This document shows positions 44,404-55,271 of a stretch of DNA of 64,000 bases, one piece after another. The stretch is from Kiritimatiellia bacterium (GTDB lineage: Bacteria; Verrucomicrobiota; Kiritimatiellia; RFP12; UBA1067), in assembly GCA_045599105.1 (NCBI GenBank), contig JAZRVL010000043.1, positions 1,103 to 65,102 of the forward strand. Direction: 5' to 3'. The position numbers and the translations under genes were made by a program. Each line of letters opens with the position of its first letter. Within the stretch, counting starts at the first letter, position 1. The notes under the pieces are model-generated. The model had not been told where the DNA came from, did no database searches, and worked only from the letters and a program-made list of their open reading frames with translations.

Positions 44404-45399
44404 ATGACTAAAGCAGAGAAGGAACGTTTCGCCAAAATTGGCAAAAAGTTTGACGCTAAATCTTATATCAAAAACGAGATAGCGGAAATTCGCCGTACAG
44501 TTGGTAATCGAAAAGTGCTCCTTGCGATGTCTGGTGGTGTGGATTCAAGTGTTTGTGCGGTGTTGCTTCATAAGGCAATTGGTCAACAGCTTACTTGCGT
44601 GTTTGTAGATCATGGTTGTATGCGACTTAATGAAGCCAAAGAAGTTAAGGCGGTGTTCAAGGGAAAATTTGGTATTAACTTGATTCAGGTTGATGCAGAA
44701 GCACGCTTTCTAAAGAAAGCTAAAGGAGTTGTCGATCCTGAACTTAAGCGCAAAATTATTGGCGGCGAGTTTATTCGCGTCTTTGAAGAAGTTGCAAAGA
44801 AGCTTGGAAAGATTGAGTTTCTTGGTCAAGGTACAATTTTTCCCGATATAATGGAGTCGGGCGTTGGTGGCCACAAAGCTGTGAAGGCGCATCACAATGT
44901 TGGTGGGCTCCCTAAGAACATTGGATTTTGCGGTTTAGTTGAGCCCGTTAAGTATCTCTATAAAGATGAAGTCCGCAAGGTTGGCAAATTGCTCGGGATT
45001 CCTGAGGCGATGGTAATGCGCCAGCCATTTCCTGGTCCTGGTCTTGCGGTTCGTTGCTTGGGCGAGCTTACTAAAGACAAGTTGGATATCCTTCGTCAAG
45101 CGGATTATGTTTTTCGTAGTGAAATGGCTAAGGCGAAACTTGATCGCAAAGCTCAGCAGTTTTTTGCCGTTATGACAAACGTGAAGTCGGTCGGGGTCAA
45201 GGATGGTGCACGTACTTTCGGCTATGTGATTGCTATTCGTGCGGTTTCTACTTCGCAATTTGTAAAAGCGGGAATTGTCGAGTTGCCGTTTAAGTTTGTG
45301 ACGAAAGTTGCGGCGAAGATTGCAACCACAGTTAAGGGTGTCAATCGCGTGGTTTGGGATATTACTCCTAAGCCTCCAGCAACCATTGAGTGGGAGTAA
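44404..45399 (+). CDS. guaA: GMP synthase ATPPase and C-terminal domains only (no glutamine amidotransferase domain)
   Basis: SGGVDSS, DPELKRKIIG, HHNVGGLP, PFPGPGLAVR and KPPATIEWE motifs; about 331 aa. Confidence 0.85.
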   Translation: MTKAEKERFAKIGKKFDAKSYIKNEIAEIRRTVGNRKVLLAMSGGVDSSVCAVLLHKAIGQQLTCVFVDHGCMRLNEAKEVKAVFKGKFGINLIQVDAEARFLKKAKGVVDPELKRKIIGGEFIRVFEEVAKKLGKIEFLGQGTIFPDIMESGVGGHKAVKAHHNVGGLPKNIGFCGLVEPVKYLYKDEVRKVGKLLGIPEAMVMRQPFPGPGLAVRCLGELTKDKLDILRQADYVFRSEMAKAKLDRKAQQFFAVMTNVKSVGVKDGARTFGYVIAIRAVSTSQFVKAGIVELPFKFVTKVAAKIATTVKGVNRVVWDITPKPPATIEWE

Positions 45400-45407
45400 C
45401 TGCTTAA

Positions 45408-46775
45408 GTGCGGCGCTCTCGCGATGAATGGGTAAAATTCGCGGCGACTCGAGTTATCGGGTTCGCCGTGGATTCTTTTTTTCTTGCAATAGCCTACGCT
45501 GCAGCTATTCTTCTTAGATTTGATTTTCAGCGTCCGCGTTGGGGTTGGGTAGCAACTGCCTTTTCTTTTATTTCGGTACTTTTAGTGCATGTCTTTGCAC
45601 TTCTTGTTTTAGGGGTTTATCATCGATCTTGGCGACGCACTTCGCTTAGTGATGTGCCACGCTATTTAGGCGCGACTATTTTAGCGTGCTTTATTCTTAC
45701 CCTAATGCGTTTAATTTTAGGTATTGATACTTATGCACACATCCGTCCGCCGTATTCGGTGACATTGATGTCATTTGTGCTTTCTACAATTGCAATTTTG
45801 GGATGGCGAATTGTTTGGAGCTGGTTTTGGTCAGCGTGTCGAAATGATGAAGCGCTAATCTCGCGCAAAGTTCGGAGAATGAATTCTTCATCGGCGATTG
45901 AGTTTTTGCGGGGCAAGGTGGTTATGGTTACTGGAGCGGGCGGGTCAATTGGGTCGGAATTGGTACGACAAGTGGCTTTGGCTTCACCCAAGAAAGTGTT
46001 GATGGTTGAGCGGGGCGAAAATGCGCTATACGAGATTGATCGTGAGCTACGTCAATTGGCAGTTACTACCGAGCTAAGGCCATTAATGAAGGACATCAAT
46101 GATGTTGAGGCGATGGAGGCAATTTTTGAGTCCGAAAAGCCAGAGATTGTTTTACATGCAGCAGCTTATAAACATGTGCCAATGGTGGAAATGAATCCAG
46201 AAGAGGGGTGGCGCAATAATACCGAGGGTACCAAGAAGTTGGCTGAGCTTTCTAAGAAATATTCGGTTAAACGCTTTGTCTTAATTTCAACTGATAAAGC
46301 GGTAAATCCGGTCTCAATTATGGGCAAGACCAAGCTTGCCGCTGAAGAAGCAATTATGGCAATCGGTATGGATGGTGCGACTTCATTTTGTGCGGTACGT
46401 TTTGGCAATGTGCTTGGATCTTCTGGTTCGGTAGTTCCGCTATTTAAGGAGCAGATTGCGCGGCGTTGTCCCATTACTGTTACCCATCCAGACATGAAGC
46501 GTTACTTTATGACAATTCCTGAAGCGGTAGGGCTAGTTTTGCAGGCTGCTTCACGAAGTGAACGAGCAATCTATACATTAGATATGGGCGAGCCGATTAG
46601 AATTCTTGACTTAGCAGAGGATATGATTCGCCAAGCGGGTTATCGTCCGTATATTGATATTCCAATTATTTTTACGGGTATTCGTCCAGGCGAAAAACTT
46701 TTTGAAGAACTTGATATATCTGAGAAGTCGGTTTGCAAAACTGATATGGCTCGTATTTACATTAACAAACGGTGA
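45408..46775 (+). CDS. CapD/PglF/WbpM-like nucleotide-sugar 4,6-dehydratase (internally shortened)
   Basis: Four N-terminal TM helices; TGAGGSIGSE, HAAAYKHVP, STDKAV, RFGNVLGS and GIRPGEKL motifs. Confidence 0.88.
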   Translation: MRRSRDEWVKFAATRVIGFAVDSFFLAIAYAAAILLRFDFQRPRWGWVATAFSFISVLLVHVFALLVLGVYHRSWRRTSLSDVPRYLGATILACFILTLMRLILGIDTYAHIRPPYSVTLMSFVLSTIAILGWRIVWSWFWSACRNDEALISRKVRRMNSSSAIEFLRGKVVMVTGAGGSIGSELVRQVALASPKKVLMVERGENALYEIDRELRQLAVTTELRPLMKDINDVEAMEAIFESEKPEIVLHAAAYKHVPMVEMNPEEGWRNNTEGTKKLAELSKKYSVKRFVLISTDKAVNPVSIMGKTKLAAEEAIMAIGMDGATSFCAVRFGNVLGSSGSVVPLFKEQIARRCPITVTHPDMKRYFMTIPEAVGLVLQAASRSERAIYTLDMGEPIRILDLAEDMIRQAGYRPYIDIPIIFTGIRPGEKLFEELDISEKSVCKTDMARIYINKR

Positions 46776-47692
46776 AAAAGATATTTATTGATGGTAGTGC
46801 CGGCACGACTGGGCTTAGGATTCGTGAGCGTCTCGCGAAACGGATGGATTTAGAGTTAATCGTTTTGCCTGAAGCGGTGCGCAAAGATGTTTCAGCGCGC
46901 AAGGCGGCGCTTAATGATTGTGATGTTGCGTTTCTTTGTCTCCCGGATGCAGCAGCAATTGAGGCGGTCGGTTTAGTTGATAATCCTAATGTGGTTGTTA
47001 TTGATACTTCAACCGCTCATCGCGTAAATCCTGCTTGGACTTATGGCTTCCCTGAAATTGGTGCTTTGCGAGAAAAAATCACTACCTCCAAGCGGATAGC
47101 CAATCCTGGCTGTCATGCGAGTGGTTTTATTGCATTAATTGCTCCACTTGTTGAGAAGGAAATGTTAGTCAAAAATACTCGGCTTACCGCAACTTCACTT
47201 ACTGGATATTCGGGTGGAGGCAAAAAGATGATTGCGGACTATGAAAGCGCTGCAACTCCATTACATCAAGGAGGTCGGCAGTACGCGTTAGGGCAAACTC
47301 ACAAACATCTTCCAGAAATGGTGGCACTATCGCAATTAGATTTTGCGCCTGCATTTCTTCCGATTGTGATGCCGCATTATGCGGGCATGGAAGTTGTTGT
47401 TCCAGTGTTTGCTCATGATTTACAAGGTACTCGTGATGAAATTAAGGCTCTTTATCGGGATTACTATCATGAGGGCGTCGTAAAGTTTGTTGACGATCCA
47501 TCCGAGGATGGGTTAATGTCTTCGGCGAAGTTCTCTGGGCGTGATGATATGGAGATTTCGGTCTTTGGCAATGACGAACGGATTTTATTAGTTTCCCGTT
47601 TTGACAATCTTGGCAAGGGTGCCTCAGGAGCGGCAATTCAAAATATGAATCTTGTTCTTGGAGTTGACGAACAGGAGGGACTTAATGTCTGA
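46772..47692 (+). CDS. argC: N-acetyl-gamma-glutamyl-phosphate reductase (type 2)
   Basis: [16 protein letters not shown] and [11 protein letters not shown] motifs. Confidence 0.93.
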   Translation: MKKIFIDGSAGTTGLRIRERLAKRMDLELIVLPEAVRKDVSARKAALNDCDVAFLCLPDAAAIEAVGLVDNPNVVVIDTSTAHRVNPAWTYGFPEIGALREKITTSKRIANPGCHASGFIALIAPLVEKEMLVKNTRLTATSLTGYSGGGKKMIADYESAATPLHQGGRQYALGQTHKHLPEMVALSQLDFAPAFLPIVMPHYAGMEVVVPVFAHDLQGTRDEIKALYRDYYHEGVVKFVDDPSEDGLMSSAKFSGRDDMEISVFGNDERILLVSRFDNLGKGASGAAIQNMNLVLGVDEQEGLNV

Positions 47693-48674
47693 AATACGGC
47701 AAAGTGACGAACTCAATTGCTCAACGGCGTTTGATAACAAGCTCCGCCCTATTAATTTTGAGGGCTTTGTTGGCCAGGAAAAAATTCGGGATCGTTTAAT
47801 GCTTGCAGTAAAGGCCGCCAAAGATCGTGGTGAAGCATTGGATCATGTGCTTTTTTCAGGGCCGCCTGGTTTGGGCAAGACGACGCTCTCCTATATTTTG
47901 GGCGAGGCGATGGGGGTTAATGTTAAAACGACTTCTGGTCCTGTAATTACTAAACCTGGCGATCTTGCAGGTTTACTTACTTCGCTTGAGCCTGGTGACA
48001 TTGTTTTCATTGATGAGATTCATCGTATGGCAAAGACCGTGGAAGAGTATCTTTATTCGGCAATGGAGGACTATGCGATTGACATTATGCTTGATCAAGG
48101 TCCAAATGCGCGGAGTGTTCGACTAGATTTACCACGTTTCACCTTGGTTGGTGCGACGACTCGTATTGGGCTTATTGCAGCTCCTTTGCGTGAACGCTTT
48201 GGTTTGGTTAATCGGCTTTCTTATTATGAACCTAAAGAACTTGCTGAAATCGTTCGGCGTTCAGCGACAAAGTTAGCCGTTGATATTGACGATGCTGGTG
48301 CGGATGAGATTGCGCGTCGTTCGCGCGGTACTCCACGCATCGCCAATAATCTACTTCGTCGAGTGCGTGACTATGCGCAAGTCAAGGCCAATAATTTTAT
48401 TACCGGAGAAGTGGCGCGTGAGTCGCTCGCATTATTAGAGATTGATCCACATGGACTTGATGAGATGGATCGCAAAATTCTCTCCACCATTTGTCTTAAG
48501 TTTGGTGGTGGGCCAGTTGGCCTTTCTACGATTGCAGTCTCAGTTGGTGAAGAGGCCGATACGATTGAGGAGGCTTATGAGCCGTTTCTTATTATGGAGG
48601 GATATTTGGAACGCACTCCTAAAGGGCGCGTTGCTACGAGTTTAGCATACGAAAGAATAGGATTAGCAAAATGA
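47685..48674 (+). CDS. ruvB: Holliday junction branch migration helicase
   Basis: [21 protein letters not shown] and RGTPRIAN motifs. Confidence 0.96.
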   Translation: MSEIRQSDELNCSTAFDNKLRPINFEGFVGQEKIRDRLMLAVKAAKDRGEALDHVLFSGPPGLGKTTLSYILGEAMGVNVKTTSGPVITKPGDLAGLLTSLEPGDIVFIDEIHRMAKTVEEYLYSAMEDYAIDIMLDQGPNARSVRLDLPRFTLVGATTRIGLIAAPLRERFGLVNRLSYYEPKELAEIVRRSATKLAVDIDDAGADEIARRSRGTPRIANNLLRRVRDYAQVKANNFITGEVARESLALLEIDPHGLDEMDRKILSTICLKFGGGPVGLSTIAVSVGEEADTIEEAYEPFLIMEGYLERTPKGRVATSLAYERIGLAK

Positions 48675-50287
48675 CAAATACTGACAAGTGGGCAAATCTT
48701 GATGATGCTATGGTAGCATCGTCTAAAAAAAGTATTAAGGAACTATTTGCTGAGGATCCTAAGCGAGCAAGGAAGTTTTCGCTTTCGGCAGCGGGATGGT
48801 TCCTTGATTACTCAAAAAACCGCATTGATCGCGCGACGATGAAAGCGCTTGTTAAGCTTGCTGAGGCGTCAAATCTCAAAGCTGAAATTGAGCGGATGTT
48901 TACTGGGGAAAAGATCAACGTTACCGAGAATCGTGCGGTGCTTCATACGGCACTTCGCAATTGCGATCCTGAGGCGAAAGTTTTAGTTGATGGCAAAGAT
49001 GTTATACCTGAGGTGCGTGCGGTATTGAAGCAGATGGGCGAGTTTTCTGATTTAGTGCGCACGGGCAAGTGGCGTGGATTTACGGGCAAGCGAATTAAGT
49101 ACATTGTCAATATTGGTATTGGTGGTAGTGATTTAGGTCCTGTTATGGCTAATATTGCACTTACTCCTTATGCGAAGCGTTCAATTAAATGTTTTTTTGT
49201 CTCTAATGTGGATTCAACCCATTTGGCGGAGACTTTGCGTGCGATTAAGCCCGCAGAGACGCTTTTTATCGTCGCATCTAAAACGTTTACTACGCAAGAG
49301 ACGATGTCTAATGCCAATGCGGCAAAAGATTGGCTGATTGAAAAGCTTGGCTCAAAGGATGCGGTTGCCAAGCACTTTGTTGCGGTCTCAACGGCGAAAA
49401 AAGAGGTCGCGGAATTTGGGATTGACACTGCCAATATGTTTGGTTTTTGGGATTGGGTCGGTGGTAGGTACTCACTTCCTTCGGCAATTGGACTTTCGTT
49501 GATGATTGCGATTGGGCGCAAGAATTACGCAAAGTTCTTAAAGGGCTACTACAAGATGGATTGCCATTTCCGTACGGCCGCATTTGAGCGCAATATGCCA
49601 GTAGTATTGGCGCTTTTAGGCGTTCTCTACTCCAATGGCTATGGTGCTGAGAGTTACTGTGTTTTGCCTTATGACCAATATCTTTCTCGTTTTCCGGCTT
49701 ATTTACAGCAAATGGATATGGAGTCCAATGGCAAGTCGGTTGACAAAGATGGTAATGTAGTTGATCGTGAGACTGGTCCTATTGAATGGGGTGAGCCAGG
49801 CACGAATGGGCAACACTCGTTTTATCAGCTCATCCATCAGGGTACTCATCTTATTCCTTGTGATTTCATTGGGTGTTCACGTACACACAATCCGATTGGT
49901 GATTTGCACGATAAACTTATGGCCAATCTTTTCGCTCAAACCGAAGCGCTCGCTTTTGGGAAGACGGCGGATGAGTGTCGTGCGGAGGGCGTGCCGGAAA
50001 ATCTCGTTCCTTTTAAGACCTTTGAGGGCAATCGCCCAACCAATACACTTCTTTGCGATGAGCTTACGCCTGAGACCTTGGGTGCGCTCATTGCATTGTA
50101 CGAGCACAAGGTGTTTGTGCAAGGTGTAATTTTCAATGTTTATAGTTATGATCAGTGGGGTGTACAGCTTGGTAAGGTGCTTGCGAAGGGCGTCTTAAAT
50201 GATCTTGTTGCTGTTGAGCCCTCACTTAAACACGATGCTTCAACCAATCAGTTGATTGCGCGCTATCGAAAGGCGGTGGGACGATAA
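48671..50287 (+). CDS. pgi: Glucose-6-phosphate isomerase
   Basis: [26 protein letters not shown] and DQWGV.LGK motifs. Confidence 0.96.
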   Translation: MTNTDKWANLDDAMVASSKKSIKELFAEDPKRARKFSLSAAGWFLDYSKNRIDRATMKALVKLAEASNLKAEIERMFTGEKINVTENRAVLHTALRNCDPEAKVLVDGKDVIPEVRAVLKQMGEFSDLVRTGKWRGFTGKRIKYIVNIGIGGSDLGPVMANIALTPYAKRSIKCFFVSNVDSTHLAETLRAIKPAETLFIVASKTFTTQETMSNANAAKDWLIEKLGSKDAVAKHFVAVSTAKKEVAEFGIDTANMFGFWDWVGGRYSLPSAIGLSLMIAIGRKNYAKFLKGYYKMDCHFRTAAFERNMPVVLALLGVLYSNGYGAESYCVLPYDQYLSRFPAYLQQMDMESNGKSVDKDGNVVDRETGPIEWGEPGTNGQHSFYQLIHQGTHLIPCDFIGCSRTHNPIGDLHDKLMANLFAQTEALAFGKTADECRAEGVPENLVPFKTFEGNRPTNTLLCDELTPETLGALIALYEHKVFVQGVIFNVYSYDQWGVQLGKVLAKGVLNDLVAVEPSLKHDASTNQLIARYRKAVGR

Positions 50288-51510
50288 TGAGTGCTTTTAT
50301 TACTATGCAAAATGGGAAGCTTTGCGTTCCCGATAATCCTACAATCCCTTTCATTGAGGGTGATGGTACAGGTTCCGATATCACTCGCGCAGCGATGGTT
50401 GTTTGGAATGCGGCTATTGAAAAAGTCTATGGGGGCAAGCGCCGAGTTGAATGGCGCGAAGTGCTTGCGGGTGAAAAAGCATTTAAGGCGACTGGCGAGT
50501 GGCTACCTAAATCAACGCTGGATGCGTGCCGGGAAGCGCTTGTTTCGATTAAAGGACCGCTCACGACTCCCGTTGGTGGAGGCATTCGTTCAATCAATGT
50601 GGCGATGCGCCAAGAGCTTGATCTTTATGTTTGCTTGCGGCCAGTACGTTACTTTAAAGGTGTGCCATCTCCTGTAAAACATCCTGAGCTTACGGATATG
50701 GTGATTTTTCGGGAAAATACCGAAGACATCTACGCGGGTATTGAATGGCTAAACGGCACTCCCGAAGCCGAAAAGATCAAATCGTTTCTTTTAAACGAAA
50801 TGGGAGTTAAAAAGATTCGATTCCCAAAGACGGCATCAATTGGGATTAAGCCCGTTTCAGTTGAAGGGACTGAGCGATTAGTGCGTGCAGCGTTTGAGTA
50901 TGCGATTACCAATGATCGCAAATCGGTGACGCTTGTTCACAAGGGCAATATTCAGAAGTTTACCGAAGGCGCATTTCGTGATTGGGGTTATCAGCTTGCT
51001 ATGCGTGAGTATGGCGCAACCAAAATTGGCGAGGGCCCGTGGTGTGAGTTTAAGAATCCCAAGACTGGGAGGATGATTACGGTTAAGGATTGCATTTGCG
51101 ATGCATTCTTACAGCAAATTTTGACGCGTCCTGCGGAATATGATGTAATTGCAACTTTAAACCTCAATGGTGACTATGTTTCCGATGCTCTTGCCGCTAC
51201 TGTGGGCGGAATTGGGATTGCTCCTGGCGCAAATATTAACTATGTCACAGGATGTGCAGTTTTTGAAGCGACTCATGGTACGGCGCCTAAATATGCCAAC
51301 CTTGACAAGGTAAACCCAGGTTCGCTTATTCTCTCTGGCGAGATGATGCTTCGCTATATGGGCTGGACGGAGGCTGCCGATCGAATTATTGCAGCTATGG
51401 ACAAAGTCATTGCGGCGAAGACCGTGACTTACGACTTTGCGCGGCAAATGGATGGTGCGCGGGAAGTGAAGTGTTCGGAGTTTGCAAATCTTTTGGCAAA
51501 GGCGATGTAA
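50287..51510 (+). CDS. icd: NADP-dependent isocitrate dehydrogenase
   Basis: [24 protein letters not shown] and [11 protein letters not shown] motifs. Confidence 0.96.
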   Translation: MSAFITMQNGKLCVPDNPTIPFIEGDGTGSDITRAAMVVWNAAIEKVYGGKRRVEWREVLAGEKAFKATGEWLPKSTLDACREALVSIKGPLTTPVGGGIRSINVAMRQELDLYVCLRPVRYFKGVPSPVKHPELTDMVIFRENTEDIYAGIEWLNGTPEAEKIKSFLLNEMGVKKIRFPKTASIGIKPVSVEGTERLVRAAFEYAITNDRKSVTLVHKGNIQKFTEGAFRDWGYQLAMREYGATKIGEGPWCEFKNPKTGRMITVKDCICDAFLQQILTRPAEYDVIATLNLNGDYVSDALAATVGGIGIAPGANINYVTGCAVFEATHGTAPKYANLDKVNPGSLILSGEMMLRYMGWTEAADRIIAAMDKVIAAKTVTYDFARQMDGAREVKCSEFANLLAKAM

Positions 51511-51512
51511 CT

Positions 51513-52100
51513 ATGGCCAAGAAAGTCGATCATGAGGAAAGAAAGCATGAAATTGCGATGAAAGCAATGGCACTTTTTTCTAAGGTTGGCTTTGATCAAG
51601 TTACTTTAGGGATGATTGCTTCGGCAACTGGGATTGCACGTACAGTTCTTTACCGATACTTCTCTACTAAACGTGATGTGTTAGATGCGGCTATTCATGA
51701 GGGTACGAAGCGTATTATGGTGAAGTGTGCTCCAATTGTTGCATCTAAGTTGTCAGCGGCCAAGCGATTGGAAAAGGTGTGCCATACAACGAGCGAAGTG
51801 TTCTTTGAGAACAAGGATTTTCTGATTGCAGTATATGATTATGCGGTTTCACAAGTGCGTATTGGGGTGGATGTCACCGAGCGAGTTGCTTTGCGTACTG
51901 CTGGGATTCGTAACATTTTTCGCGAGCTACTTACTGAGGGCAAGCGCAACGGAGAGTTTTCTCGTTCTTTGGATGTTGCGGAGGCCTCGGATATGTTATA
52001 CTCTTATTTGGAATCGGCAACAATGCGTTTGGTACTCAATACCGAGCGTACACCCAAGGCGGTTAAGACGCGCTTTTCTGCATTGATAAAATCACTTTAG
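51513..52100 (+). CDS. TetR/AcrR family regulator
   Basis: N-terminal HTH IASATGIARTVLYRYFSTK. Confidence 0.88.
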   Translation: MAKKVDHEERKHEIAMKAMALFSKVGFDQVTLGMIASATGIARTVLYRYFSTKRDVLDAAIHEGTKRIMVKCAPIVASKLSAAKRLEKVCHTTSEVFFENKDFLIAVYDYAVSQVRIGVDVTERVALRTAGIRNIFRELLTEGKRNGEFSRSLDVAEASDMLYSYLESATMRLVLNTERTPKAVKTRFSALIKSL

Positions 52101-52117
52101 TGGAGAGGAATTGAAAT

Positions 52118-53020
52118 ATGGGTAATGGGCTTTCAATAGCGATGTTGGGCTGGAAAGCTCCAGTAACAACTCGCCATACTCTTGAAACATATCGAGATAG
52201 TGGACTACTTAATGCGGGTGATGAGTTCTTGATTTATTTTAACCAATATTCCGAGCGCGATAAAGCATTGGCGGATGATTTTGGAGTGCGCTCAACTGGA
52301 ACTGAGGAGAACCTTGGAATGTGGGGCGGAATGGAAGCAATTGAAAGAAACACTAAGGGCGATTACCTTCTTTTTTTGCAAACCGATCATCCTGTTCTTG
52401 TCCCAGCAGAAGAGACTAAGCATTGGATTGATGGTTCGTTGGAGCTTCTCAAAAGCGGCAAGGCGGATATTGTTTATTTGCGGCATCGTCAAGAGGCGAT
52501 CAAGGGGTATGGTTGTCATACTTATTTTTATTATCACTATGTGCACGAGTTGGAGCCGAGGATTGATGCAACAGTACTTCCCAAAAATTATAATCACGAT
52601 ACTCTCTACCGAAAGTTACATCGTTTTTTCCGTCCATTCGCTGCGAGAAAGCGTTTAATTACGGCAATGTATATTGAAAAGGATCCAATTGCGATTCTTC
52701 CAAAAGGAACGGCGCATTGGGAGAAAGATTTTCTCGTGATTGACTCTTCAATGATTCAGTTTTCCGAGTCTCCATTTATGATTTCGCGTAAGCTTTACAA
52801 TGAGCTTTCTGCTTGGGCAAAGCAGCATCCGCGTCATCGTACCATTCTTGGTTTTCAGGAGATGGAGTTCATCCTTAATTGTCGCTGGTGGAGAAAACAG
52901 CACTATAAGATTGCAACTTGTGACATGGGCATTTTTGGCCATCAACGCTTGGATGATAGTTGGCGTGCAGGTAGCGGCATCTATAATCCACAGATATGTA
53001 AAGATGGGCAAAAGAAGTGA
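52118..53020 (+). CDS. Putative glycosyltransferase-like protein (GT-A-like)
   Basis: LSIAMLGW, ENLG..GG and YLLFLQTD motifs; first gene of the GT cluster. Confidence 0.5.
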   Translation: MGNGLSIAMLGWKAPVTTRHTLETYRDSGLLNAGDEFLIYFNQYSERDKALADDFGVRSTGTEENLGMWGGMEAIERNTKGDYLLFLQTDHPVLVPAEETKHWIDGSLELLKSGKADIVYLRHRQEAIKGYGCHTYFYYHYVHELEPRIDATVLPKNYNHDTLYRKLHRFFRPFAARKRLITAMYIEKDPIAILPKGTAHWEKDFLVIDSSMIQFSESPFMISRKLYNELSAWAKQHPRHRTILGFQEMEFILNCRWWRKQHYKIATCDMGIFGHQRLDDSWRAGSGIYNPQICKDGQKK

Positions 53021-53961
53021 AGGTAGCTGTTTTAGTTCCAGTTTATAATGCAGAACACTATCTTAGAGAGTGCCTTGACTCTATTTTGGCGCAGCAAGGT
53101 GTAGATTTAGAGATTTTTTGTTGTAATGATGGCTCCAAAGATGGTTCGGAGAACATTCTCAAGGAATATGCCGCTCGCTATCCTTCGGTTCATTACATTT
53201 CTCAAGCTAATGCAGGTGTAGTTGCTGCGCGTAATCGGCTCTTAGATGATTTATCCGAGGATATTGATGCGTTTGCCTTTGTTGATTCAGATGACTATAT
53301 TAATCAGGGAATGTACTTTGCGCTTGCGAAAGCAATGGAGGAGAGTGATGCGGATGTTGCCGAATGTGGGGCTGGAACGGTTCGAGTCATTGACGACATG
53401 TCAATATTTCTTTTGCGGCGCACATCTATCGGCGGATGGATTAATATCATTAATAAGCTTTATCGTAGATCCTCAGTTGGTAAGTTTCGTTTTCGCACTG
53501 GGTTAGCATTTGAAGAAGATTTCTTTTACAACTACGAGATTAATGCTGCAATTAAGCGTAAGGTATTGGTTGCGGAAAGTTTCTATAATTATCGACCTAA
53601 TCCAAATTCGGCAACGAGCGCACTTAACCTTAAAAAGTATTTTGCTTCTGCGAGTGAGCGGATTCGTCTTTCAAGTGAAGTTTTCCTTAATGCGGGACGC
53701 ATTCCTAAAGATAAAGAGACTGCCTTTCGTTCGGAGCTTGCCAAAGACGCCTATCGAATGATGATTCGTAAGAATTTGAAGAAAAACAAGAATGCTAAAG
53801 AGCGCAAAGAGCTTTTCTTGGCAGCGAGTGATTATTTTGGTAAGCTTGAGCGAGACTATGACTTTAAGGCGATTGGACTTAATCCAATTCAACATTTACT
53901 TTATTGGTGTTGCCGTGCTCGGCAATACTTTTTGGCACAACTTTTGGTGCTATTTACCTAA
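53017..53961 (+). CDS. GT2 glycosyltransferase
   Basis: VPVYNAE.YL.ECLDS, NDGS.D, ARN and FVDSDD motifs. Confidence 0.9.
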   Translation: MKVAVLVPVYNAEHYLRECLDSILAQQGVDLEIFCCNDGSKDGSENILKEYAARYPSVHYISQANAGVVAARNRLLDDLSEDIDAFAFVDSDDYINQGMYFALAKAMEESDADVAECGAGTVRVIDDMSIFLLRRTSIGGWINIINKLYRRSSVGKFRFRTGLAFEEDFFYNYEINAAIKRKVLVAESFYNYRPNPNSATSALNLKKYFASASERIRLSSEVFLNAGRIPKDKETAFRSELAKDAYRMMIRKNLKKNKNAKERKELFLAASDYFGKLERDYDFKAIGLNPIQHLLYWCCRARQYFLAQLLVLFT

Positions 53962-53963
53962 TG

Positions 53964-54027
53964 TACCATTTTGAAGCATGCTATGAAATAGTACTTACCA
54001 TTTCAAAGGATGCTATGAAATGGTATT
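53964..54027. repeat. Two tandem 32-bp quasi-palindromic repeats, putative operator
   Basis: TACCATTTTGAAGCATGCTATGAAATAGTACT / TACCATTTCAAAGGATGCTATGAAATGGTATT; the second has perfect 10-bp arms TACCATTTCA..TGAAATGGTA and overlaps TTGACA. Confidence 0.85.
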
Positions 54028-54058
54028 GACAAAATAGGTACATAAGTGTTATTATAAT
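54026..54058 (+). promoter_or_regulatory. Sigma70-type promoter
   Basis: TTGACA (54026), 18 nt, TATTAT (54050, extended TG); TATAAT also present at 54053. Confidence 0.7.
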
Positions 54059-54062
54059 TGGC

Positions 54063-55268
54063 GTGGAGATGTATTCCAGAATATATTCTAAGATTGTACA
54101 AGAGCATCTTGCTAAATATCGGCAAATGGTGTTTCTTTCTGGTCCACGTCAAGTCGGTAAAACAACTTTGGCTAAGGAGTATGGGAGCGCATATCTTAGT
54201 TGGGATAACGAAAAGACTCGGCAGCTTATTCTTTCTGGGGTTGATGAAATAAAGGATCACCTTGGGCTTGGTAGTAAATTGCAGGATAGTCATCCTATTA
54301 TAGTTTTTGATGAAATTCATCATTATACTCGGTGGAAGACCTTTTTAAAGGGTTTCTTTGATACCTTGGAGAGTGAAACTCAGATTATTGCTACTGGATC
54401 GGCACGTATGGATATTTATAAGCACGGTGGCGATAGTATGATGGGTAGGTATTTTGCTTATCGAGTGCATCCATTTTCGGTTGCTGAGTTGACCAATTCA
54501 TCTCTGCCAAGTGAAGATTTAATTCGTAAACCAACTAAGATATCTGATGATGATTGGATGGCACTGTTAGAGTATGGTGGATTTCCAGAGCCATTTACTT
54601 TGCGAGATAGCCGGTTTTCACGCAAATGGAGTTCGCTAAGGATGGAACAACTTTTGCGCTCTGATATCCGTGATATTTCGCGTACGCTGGAGATTGATAG
54701 AATAGAGCATTTAGCCAAGCTATTGATTAACCGTTCATCCGAGCAACTGGTTTATTCTTCGTTGGCGCGTGATTTAAATGCAACTGAGCCAACAGTCAAG
54801 CTTTGGATATCTATTTTAAAGTCATTATATTTTGGCTTTGAAGTTAGTCCTTGGTTTAGAAACATAGAAAACTCTATTCGCAAGACACCGAAATGGTTTT
54901 TGCGTGATTGGTCAATAATTGACGACAGTGGAAAGCGCGCGGAGACTTTGGTTGCATGTCATTTGCTAAAAGCTGTTGAAATGTGGACTGATCTTGGCTA
55001 TGGTGAGTTTAATTTACATTATTTGCGTAACAAGAAAAAGCAGGAAGTTGATTTCTTGGTGGCACGCGATAATAAACCTTGGTTTTTAGTGGAAGTGAAA
55101 ACGAGTGAGGAAAAAATATCTAACAATTTGTTGATTTATCAAAAACAAACTGGCGCAAAGCATGCTTTTCAAGTGGTTTTGAATGGGGAGTATGTTGGCC
55201 GAAATTGTTTTGATTATACATCACCAATTGTGGTTCCTGCAAAAACTTTTTTAAGCCAATTAGTGTAG
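54063..55268 (+). CDS. AAA_14 ATPase with DUF4143 domain
   Basis: SGPRQVGKTT, FDEIH, TGS, GGFPEP, KTPK and EVDF...VEVK motifs. Confidence 0.88.
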   Translation: MEMYSRIYSKIVQEHLAKYRQMVFLSGPRQVGKTTLAKEYGSAYLSWDNEKTRQLILSGVDEIKDHLGLGSKLQDSHPIIVFDEIHHYTRWKTFLKGFFDTLESETQIIATGSARMDIYKHGGDSMMGRYFAYRVHPFSVAELTNSSLPSEDLIRKPTKISDDDWMALLEYGGFPEPFTLRDSRFSRKWSSLRMEQLLRSDIRDISRTLEIDRIEHLAKLLINRSSEQLVYSSLARDLNATEPTVKLWISILKSLYFGFEVSPWFRNIENSIRKTPKWFLRDWSIIDDSGKRAETLVACHLLKAVEMWTDLGYGEFNLHYLRNKKKQEVDFLVARDNKPWFLVEVKTSEEKISNNLLIYQKQTGAKHAFQVVLNGEYVGRNCFDYTSPIVVPAKTFLSQLV

Positions 55269-55271
55269 ACG

